Source: Nitrospira sp. (GTDB taxonomy: Bacteria; Nitrospirota; Nitrospiria; Nitrospirales; Nitrospiraceae). Taken from it: DNA of 64,000 bases. The notes under the pieces are model-generated. The model saw only the letters and a program-made list of their open reading frames with translations, ran no database searches and was not told the origin of the DNA. How positions within the stretch are numbered: position 1 is the stretch's first letter; each line of letters begins with the position of its first letter. The stretch spans positions 50,760 to 114,759 of the forward strand of contig JAYTTD010000090.1 in NCBI GenBank assembly GCA_043745235.1, given 5' to 3'. The position numbers and the translations under genes are program-made. Below, piece after piece: positions 57,443 through 64,000 of the stretch.

Positions 57443-58376
57443 CGCGTACACCCAAGTCAGCCTGATCAACAAACGGCTGCTCGATGAGTGTGAGATCGTA
57501 GGCCTGGCATTCCAGCGACAGGGCATCGAGTGTATTCTCCTGAAAGGAGCTGATCTGCTCTCACGCCTCTACGGAGTGCGTGGGATGAGGCCCCTCTCCG
57601 ATGTGGATCTGCTGGTCCATGAACAAGACCTTCCTGCCATTCATCGGCTGCTGATTGAAACCGGCTTTGTACAACAGATCGACGGCAACCCGGCCTATGT
57701 CTCACCTCAATCCACACTCTCTCTGGATCTGATCTCGGGACTTTGGTATCTCGACGAAGAGGGACTTGCCGCGCTGTGGGGACGGGCTCGGACTCGACCG
57801 CTCGGCCAGCTGACGGTCAAACAACTGGCCGCCGACGACCTGCTGCTCTATTTGATCGCCTACTCGGTCGTCCACCGAGGGCACCTTTGCCCTTCCTTTT
57901 TCACCGACCTCCGGCTGCTGATCGAGAAGGAACCGCTCGACTGGCCCACGCTTGTCGAGAATGCGGGCCGGCATTACCTGAAGATTCCTCTCTACCACGG
58001 CCTTCGCCAGCTGGGATTATCGAGCCCAGCCATAGGAATTCCTTCTGCCGTCATCCAACAGCTCGCGCCATCGACCATGGCTGAACGGACACTGGAGTTT
58101 CTTTTTCGGCGTTTGGTGACGACCCAGCCCCTCCCCGAACTTGGACACTTCTTATTGTGGATCACGCAACCGCCAGGGCGCAGGCTGGCCTGGCTTCGTC
58201 GCACCCTCTTCCCATCATTGCTCTTCCTCACCTATCGCTATGGAAATGAAAGTACGAAGCGACCCCGCCGCATCAAAATCACCAGATGGTGGCAATTGGC
58301 ACGAGCGGGAAACATCTTGATTGCCCGCGTGCTGATCCGGCTCGTCATTGACCAGCCAACAAGGGCAACCTCGTGA
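57411..58376 (+). CDS. NTP_transf_5-type (uncharacterised) nucleotidyltransferase family protein
   Basis: 'ILLKGADLLSRLYGVRGMRPLSDVDLLVHEQDLPAIHRLLIETGF' is the signature region of this family. It overlaps the rSAM stop by 32 nt. Confidence 0.75.
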   Translation: MPSSTLDNLADAYTQVSLINKRLLDECEIVGLAFQRQGIECILLKGADLLSRLYGVRGMRPLSDVDLLVHEQDLPAIHRLLIETGFVQQIDGNPAYVSPQSTLSLDLISGLWYLDEEGLAALWGRARTRPLGQLTVKQLAADDLLLYLIAYSVVHRGHLCPSFFTDLRLLIEKEPLDWPTLVENAGRHYLKIPLYHGLRQLGLSSPAIGIPSAVIQQLAPSTMAERTLEFLFRRLVTTQPLPELGHFLLWITQPPGRRLAWLRRTLFPSLLFLTYRYGNESTKRPRRIKITRWWQLARAGNILIARVLIRLVIDQPTRATS

Positions 58377-59191
58377 TTCACCTCGTACCTTCTCTCAGTT
58401 TGGATGGTCGTTTTGCTGCGCAGGATTTACCAGACGCGCTCCAACTGCCTCTTCTGAACAGTATGGTCGTGCCTCGTGTCGTCTCATCGAGCATGACGCC
58501 GACGATTCAAGCAGGCGACGAACTTGAAATCGGTCCTCCGACCTCCCTCACCCTAGGCGCGATCGTGGTATTCCGGCTCGACACCATGCTCGTCTGCCAC
58601 CGCATCACTGCCATTCATTCACAAGGCATGCTCTCGACGAGAGGCGACGCCACGCAGGGCGCCTGCGAGATCGTTCAGCCAGGCTCTGTGATCGGAGTGG
58701 TCAGGGGAGTGCTACGCGAGGGCTCTCACGTGTCTCTTGGGCAAAGCCCGCACAGAGCATCAGCCGAGGCACCACCGACCAGCATCAAATGTCGCGTTCA
58801 GACTGTGATCCTCCGGTCAGCCACCGGGAGTATTCGTATCCTTGCGGGAGTCACACTCTTTCAGCATATGCTGACCCTATTGCTCCGATGGACAGCCACG
58901 ATCGATGTCCTCACTCCGGCACCACTCCAATCCCTCCCCTCCCACGCCAAGGTCGCCTCGTTCACATTCCGAATGTTTCCACACATTACCGGACTTCTCG
59001 CTGTTTCCAGCGGGCAGAAATCGACACGGTATGTCCTCCGGCTGGGACCGTGGCGACTGGCCCAATACGACCCGGAGACAAAGTCCCTCCTGCTCCGCCA
59101 ATCCCTCTGGGGTGCCGGCCTGGAGCCGTTCGTTCGACAAATACTCGTAACTACTCAGGTAGATAGGCTGAAGGCTCATGGAATAGGATAA
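58373..59191 (+). CDS. S24/S26 (signal-peptidase-I-like) serine peptidase domain + unknown C-terminal domain
   Basis: 'VVSSSMTPTIQAGDELEI', 'GAIVVFRLD', 'CHRITAI' and 'STRGDAT'. GTGA overlap with the upstream gene. The C-terminal ~140 aa are unassigned. Confidence 0.6.
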   Translation: MIHLVPSLSLDGRFAAQDLPDALQLPLLNSMVVPRVVSSSMTPTIQAGDELEIGPPTSLTLGAIVVFRLDTMLVCHRITAIHSQGMLSTRGDATQGACEIVQPGSVIGVVRGVLREGSHVSLGQSPHRASAEAPPTSIKCRVQTVILRSATGSIRILAGVTLFQHMLTLLLRWTATIDVLTPAPLQSLPSHAKVASFTFRMFPHITGLLAVSSGQKSTRYVLRLGPWRLAQYDPETKSLLLRQSLWGAGLEPFVRQILVTTQVDRLKAHGIG

Positions 59192-59201
59192 AATGGTCAG
59201 A

Positions 59202-59252
59202 GGCACAAAGTGGAAACAAGCTGTTTACGCTGTGCCTTTACCACTGTGTGCC
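59202..59252 (+). terminator. possible stem-loop at the end of the RiPP-like operon
   Basis: GGCACAAAGTGG (59202-59213) pairs with CCACTGTGTGCC (59241-59252), 11 of 12 bp. The loop is long and there is no clean U-tract, so the call is weak. Confidence 0.25.
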
Positions 59253-59395
59253 TTGCGCTTCGGCCTTCAGTCTTCAGCCTAAATACCTGAGTAGTTGCCA
59301 ACAAACACACATCCTTTTGCCCGTTCTGTCCGTAGGATGCTATAGTCGTGGCGGACATGAGATGATGCTAGCTGTTCCTCATAACTCGCTCGCGT

Positions 59396-59998
59396 ATGGA
59401 TAACCCCCCACGACTCGCTACATCGATGATCGACCCAACCTTGCTCGCTCGTGTCGCCAAAGGCGATCAGCAGGCGTTCAGCCAGCTCTATGACCATTCG
59501 AGTACGCTCTTGTTCACATTGGCAGTCAGAATCTTAGGAAATCATGAGGAAGCGGCGGAGCTCTTACAGGATGTCTATTTGGAAGTCTGGCGGAAGGTTT
59601 CCCGTTATGACGTCGGACGTGGAACCCCGGTCGCATGGTTGGTCACCCTCACCAAGAGTCGGGCCATCGACCGGCTGCGGGCCAGAGCGGCACGAGGCTA
59701 TCGGGCCACGAGCTCGCTGGAATCCGAACCTGCTGCACAGGTAGCCGATCTGGGTCCGAGCCCGTTTGAGACGCAGGCTGATCAAGAACTGCGTATTGCA
59801 GTTGGCGCAGCTGTGGCGGGATTGCCCCAGGCACAACAGCAGGCGATTGGACTAGCCTACTACGAAGGACTCTCCCATACTGAGATCGCCGCGCGCTTGA
59901 ACCAGCCGCTTGGGACCGTGAAGACACGGATCAAACTTGGGATGTCGAAACTCCGTGATGGTCTCCAACCGTGGCGGAACCAAGGTGATCTCCAATGA
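59396..59998 (+). CDS. ECF-type RNA polymerase sigma-70 factor
   Basis: Region 2 'LLQDVYLEVWRKVSRYD...WLVTLTKSRAIDRLR' and region 4 'LAYYEGLSHTEIAARLNQPLGTVKTRI'. An alternative start lies at 59426. Confidence 0.92.
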   Translation: MDNPPRLATSMIDPTLLARVAKGDQQAFSQLYDHSSTLLFTLAVRILGNHEEAAELLQDVYLEVWRKVSRYDVGRGTPVAWLVTLTKSRAIDRLRARAARGYRATSSLESEPAAQVADLGPSPFETQADQELRIAVGAAVAGLPQAQQQAIGLAYYEGLSHTEIAARLNQPLGTVKTRIKLGMSKLRDGLQPWRNQGDLQ

Positions 59999-61011
59999 CG
60001 CATGAAGAACTCCAAGAATCGGTTCCCCTATATGCTGCTGGCGCGTTGGACCGAATCGAACGACAGGCGCTGGAAGCCCACTTACTCTCCGGCTGCGCCT
60101 CCTGTCACAGTGCGCTGAAGGACTACCAATCCGTCGCCGCGCTCCTCCCGCTCAGCCTCAGTCCAACCCGCCCTCCGCGCTCCCTCAAAGCCACGATCAT
60201 GGCCGAACGAAACCCCACGCCGATTCCAGTGGAAGCGGCGACTAATGGACCGGCTCGGCCAAGTCTTGAGCCCGGCGAATGGATGGAGCACCTCTTTCCT
60301 CCTGTCGCCCCTGCCCGATCGTTGTCATTACCTTGGGCCCTTGGCCTGGCTACCCTCCTAATCGTGGGAGTCGGCGGATATCTCGCGTGGAACGTGTCGA
60401 CACAACGTTCAACCGACACATCGAACATTCAGCAGCTCGAAGCATCGCTCCAGGATAAGTCGGGAAAACTTGCCGCTGTGCAGCGTGAGGCCACCGACCA
60501 AGCAAAAACCCTCGACGAATTGCGCAACGAATTACAGCAACGAACGAACGAAGCGGCGGAAGCCAAGGAACAACTAGCTCTGCGTGAGGCTGAACTGGAA
60601 GAGACTCGTGTGCAATTAAGCCAGCGAGGCGCCGGTCGCGCCATGGGGACTCCGCAAGATGAACTAGCCGCAATCCTTCGAATTCCCAACGTCAAAGCTG
60701 TGTCTCTCACCGGATCGGATATGGCAAAGCGGGCCGCGGGATTCCTCCTCTACGATGCTCAAACCCAAAAAGTCTGGCTCTACTCCGTGAACCTTCCGGA
60801 AAATCCCACGGGCACGACCTATCAGCTGTGGGCCATTCACGACAAACCCGTGAGCGTCGGGACCTTTCAGCTCGCTACCGGAGAAACCGCTCACCTACTG
60901 ATGAGGACAGTGCCAAGCTTCAGCGATGCAAAAACTTTCGCTGTCAGCCTTGAGCCTTCAGGCGGTCGCCCGCAACCGACCGGACCGATATATCTTTTGA
61001 GCCGATCGTAA
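59995..61011 (+). CDS. anti-sigma factor (zf-HC2 N-terminus, TM segment, RskA-like C-terminal domain)
   Basis: 'HLLSGCASCHSAL', one TM segment, a coiled coil and C-terminal 'YQLWAIHDKPVSVGTF...FAVSLEPSGG'. ATGA overlap with the sigma gene. Confidence 0.85.
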   Translation: MTHEELQESVPLYAAGALDRIERQALEAHLLSGCASCHSALKDYQSVAALLPLSLSPTRPPRSLKATIMAERNPTPIPVEAATNGPARPSLEPGEWMEHLFPPVAPARSLSLPWALGLATLLIVGVGGYLAWNVSTQRSTDTSNIQQLEASLQDKSGKLAAVQREATDQAKTLDELRNELQQRTNEAAEAKEQLALREAELEETRVQLSQRGAGRAMGTPQDELAAILRIPNVKAVSLTGSDMAKRAAGFLLYDAQTQKVWLYSVNLPENPTGTTYQLWAIHDKPVSVGTFQLATGETAHLLMRTVPSFSDAKTFAVSLEPSGGRPQPTGPIYLLSRS

Positions 61012-61034
61012 CTCGCACAACACTCAACGCTTGA

Positions 61035-61589
<555 letters not shown>

Positions 61590-61606
61590 CGCAAGAAATG
61601 CAAGAC

Positions 61607-61696
61607 GGGTTGATCTGGTTTATCTGGCTTGTTTTGTTTATCTGCTTAGTTTCGTTCAACCAAAAAACCAGACAGACCAGACAAAGCAAACAACGG
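61607..61696. repeat. family-2 palindromic element, copy 3
   Basis: GGGTTGATCTGGTTTATCTGGCTTGTTTTGTTTATCTG...CAACCAAAAAACCAGACAGACCAGACAAAGCAAAC. It sits between the convergent tadA and PPTase genes. Confidence 0.75.
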
Positions 61697-61756
61697 TCTT
61701 CTTCTGCTGGCGGACTTTTTCAGCATTCTGCTATGGCCTTGCGCTCAGCAGTCTTG

Positions 61757-62536
61757 CTAGGCAGTCTGTACACTCACGCTCCAATCTTTCCCGCGTAAAG
61801 CCACCGCTCCCTGCCATCCGGCACCACACCCGAGCCACCGAATCGTCCACCCTGGCTGAAGAGCCGCACCGTCGGACAGAGATACGTGACATGTCGCTGC
61901 ATCGACCGGGGCGAGGATCTCGCACTCGTGAAGCGACAATATGCCAACCCCTTGGCCTTTCAGCGCCGCCTCCTTGGCCACCCAGTAACGGTAGAACTGC
62001 TGCACCTGGTCAAACCCGGAATGGCCCAGTATCTCCTGGTATTCGGAGGGAGCATAAAACCGTTTGGCAAGCTTGACGACTTCAACCTTGTCCCGCATCT
62101 GTTCAAGATCGACCCCAACATCCTGCCTCCGCGCCACCGCAATGAGCATGCGTCCGTGAGAATGGGACAGATTGAAGCGGAGCACATGCGGGCGCCCCTG
62201 TTGATCCAGCAAGGCGGGTTTGCCTGTTGAGCCGGCTTGGAACCGCAGCGCAGCCGGATCAAGTTCAGTGTAGCGTGCGAGCACAGCCCGGAGACCGCCA
62301 TGTGCGAGGGTATATCGGGTCTGATCTTCCTGACGAATGAACCGGACAGCCCGCGCTCGCTCCTCCTCGCTGAGCCAGGCGTGGCAGCATTCCAGGGCCA
62401 CGGCGCTTCCATCGAGAGAGAAGCCCCAAACATGCACGGCTCGGTCGTCCAGCGTGAGCAGCACAGGATGATCGATCGTCGAGAGTCCTTCAAGGGATGG
62501 GAAGGTGACGATTGGCCCAAGCGAGTGAAGATTCAC
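61757..62536 (-). CDS. Sfp-type 4'-phosphopantetheinyl transferase
   Basis: 'FNLSHSHG', 'GVDLEQM' and 'WVAKEAALKGQG'. Confidence 0.88.
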   Translation of the reverse strand: MNLHSLGPIVTFPSLEGLSTIDHPVLLTLDDRAVHVWGFSLDGSAVALECCHAWLSEEERARAVRFIRQEDQTRYTLAHGGLRAVLARYTELDPAALRFQAGSTGKPALLDQQGRPHVLRFNLSHSHGRMLIAVARRQDVGVDLEQMRDKVEVVKLAKRFYAPSEYQEILGHSGFDQVQQFYRYWVAKEAALKGQGVGILSLHECEILAPVDAATCHVSLSDGAALQPGWTIRWLGCGAGWQGAVALRGKDWSVSVQTA

Positions 62537-62707
62537 CAGAATTCCTATGCAGGGTCCATCATAAACTGAGGCCTATCGTACCGGCTCGACAGGTGAAAAG
62601 AAAACCAATTGAAAAATCCCCCTCCCCACGGTAAGCTCCTGACGAGTCGACTCACTGAAGCCACTGATTCACGCTATCCTGTCGGAGCTTCAGGCACAAC
62701 CTAGAAC

Positions 62708-62797
62708 GGAGAGGTGCGAGAGTGGCCGAATCGGGCAGTCTCGAAAACTGCTGTCCTGGCAACGGGACCGTGGGTTCGATCCCCACCCTCTCCGCCA
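62708..62797 (+). tRNA. tRNA-Ser (anticodon CGA)
   Basis: Acceptor GGAGAGG/CCTCTCC, anticodon arm GCAGT-CTCGAAA-ACTGC, long variable arm, T-arm GTGGG-TTCGATC-CCCAC, encoded CCA. Confidence 0.92.
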
Positions 62798-62947
62798 AAT
62801 TTCAACCGGTTGTGTATCAAAGTTCGTGTCGATTGTACCTAAAGCCTCCTCTAGTGTCTCCGGAAGTGTAGCAATTTTCTGCTGAATGCAGGCATCCAGA
62901 CGGTTCGCTGTCTCCTTCACGTCCTCTTCGCTGGCAAGGGACACACT

Positions 62948-64000
62948 ATGAAATCTCACGAAACAGAACCCTCTCAAGTGCTGCGCGATAAAACTGACAA
63001 GAGCCTAGAGGCTGAGCGGGGCAAAACCGACGAATACCTTGAGCAAAAAAGTAAGACGGTCGAAGAAGAGGCCAGTGAGACAATCCGCTTGAGTCGGCTT
63101 GCCGCCGATAAAAACCGTGAAAGTCAACGTGCGGAGGTGGACCTCGACAAGAAACATCAACTTGACGTTACTGGTACTCAAACGACACAGTTGGACGACA
63201 AGATTTTAACTCAGGAGCGCGAACGGTCCGACGAAGCCAAACGTGTCGAACGGCAAAAAGAAGATCGTGCTCGGACCCGGGAGCGCTTTCAAAACCGATT
63301 GATCACCGAAGCTCGCCTTGAAATCGAGCGTAAGGAAACAGACAATAATCTTCTCGAAGAACGAGTTGGCAGCGACTTAGAGTCCGAACACAACTCTACC
63401 CTGCTGTCAGGCGAAACAGTTTCCCACGACATGACGAAATCGGCACTTGTGACGAGAGATCAGTTTCTCGCGATTGTAAGTCACGACTTGCAAAATTCCC
63501 TCGTAGCTATTTCGATAGGTGCTCATTTGATGCGGAGTAATCTTGATCGTGACACAGTTGATACAGTTAGTCTTCTCCGAAACCTCGGAATAATAGAGCA
63601 AAGCGTCGCGGGCATGGACCGCATGATCAGTGACCTACTTGATGTAGAGCGAATGTCACATGACAAGCTAATTCTTAAGCCTGAACGGGTCGACCTTCGC
63701 ACTATTTTACAAGAATGTGTGAATCTATTTGCGCCTATCGTTTCAAGTAAGTCATTTTCAATGACCATTTACCCATGCCCTGAACCGATATTCGCTGACC
63801 TCGATCATGACAGAATTCTTCAGGTGCTATCTAATTTGATAGGGAACTCACTGAAATTCACCCCCAAGGGAGGCGCCATTGAGCTTTCTGCACGAAAACA
63901 GGAGACTCAAGTCGAAATTTCGGTAACCGACAATGGACCTGGAATTTCCAAACAGACACAGGCAAGAATTTTCGAAAAGTTCTCGCAGCTGAAAATGAAC
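62948..64000 (+). CDS. sensor histidine kinase, 3' end outside the window
   Basis: Absent from the ORF track because no stop is reached. The frame is open from the ATG at 62948. It has a long coiled-coil N-terminus, H-box 'FLAIVSHDLQNSL', N-box 'LSNLIGNSLKFTPKGG' and G1 'DNGPGI'. Confidence 0.85.
   Translation, partial: MKSHETEPSQVLRDKTDKSLEAERGKTDEYLEQKSKTVEEEASETIRLSRLAADKNRESQRAEVDLDKKHQLDVTGTQTTQLDDKILTQERERSDEAKRVERQKEDRARTRERFQNRLITEARLEIERKETDNNLLEERVGSDLESEHNSTLLSGETVSHDMTKSALVTRDQFLAIVSHDLQNSLVAISIGAHLMRSNLDRDTVDTVSLLRNLGIIEQSVAGMDRMISDLLDVERMSHDKLILKPERVDLRTILQECVNLFAPIVSSKSFSMTIYPCPEPIFADLDHDRILQVLSNLIGNSLKFTPKGGAIELSARKQETQVEISVTDNGPGISKQTQARIFEKFSQLKMN

Noticed and set aside
52822-59191. 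Interpreting the cluster as a lasso-peptide locus (YxxPxL leader, PqqD, HprK-like kinase and nucleotidyltransferase all occur in lasso clusters)
   Set aside because: The window contains no asparagine-synthetase-like lasso cyclase and no transglutaminase-like B2 protease. Three radical-SAM/SPASM enzymes are present instead.
59194-59283. A 29-codon ORF (MVRGTKWKQAVYAVPLPLCALRFGLQSSA) after the peptidase gene, considered as a second precursor
   Set aside because: It has a poor RBS, a single Cys and no leader-like motif. It also coincides with a probable stem-loop.
62690-62977. A 95-aa minus-strand ORF. Likewise the 36204..36494 plus-strand ORF.
   Set aside because: Both run straight through the tRNA genes (tRNA-Ser and tRNA-Arg respectively), so they are spurious.

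Overview
This is a 64-kb, gene-dense bacterial chromosomal segment. I support about 75 CDS, 2 tRNAs, several pseudogenes and three families of intergenic repeats. I found no rRNA, CRISPR array, transposase or integrase. The palindromic repeats and gene content remind me of Nitrospira-type (Nitrospirota) genomes, but that is recollection, not a computed result.

Housekeeping content:
- msrB, a di-haem cytochrome c peroxidase, cfa, yggS, def and an MsbA-like ABC exporter
- glgC and glgB, tadA, an Sfp-type PPTase, an ECF sigma/anti-sigma pair
- tRNA-Arg(ACG) and tRNA-Ser(CGA)

Most interesting loci:
1. A translationally coupled RiPP-like operon at about 52.8-59.2 kb, possibly starting at 50.85 kb. 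It encodes a PqqD-type peptide chaperone, three paralogous radical-SAM/SPASM enzymes, and an 84-aa Cys-rich candidate precursor with a YxxPxL leader motif and a C-terminal Ser. It also encodes an HPr-kinase-like kinase, an NTP_transf_5 nucleotidyltransferase and an S24/S26-like peptidase. I cannot place this combination in a characterised RiPP class.
2. A Ski2/HelY-like helicase encoded as two ORFs in swapped order, with the C-terminal half before the N-terminal half.
3. A double sulfur-carrier-protein cluster (ThiS-like + CysK-like; CysO-like + ThrC-like + NIL), with two E1 paralogs and one JAMM protease.
4. Toxin-antitoxin and defence-type modules: HigBA-like, DUF4411 + XRE/ImmA-IrrE, DUF4160/DUF2442, a ParE-like toxin with an in-frame stop, and Mrr.
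5. A frameshifted PLD/Nuc gene and other gene relics.
6. Three repeat families, one of which also occurs in frame inside a coding sequence.

All family assignments come from motif recognition by eye. No database search was run.
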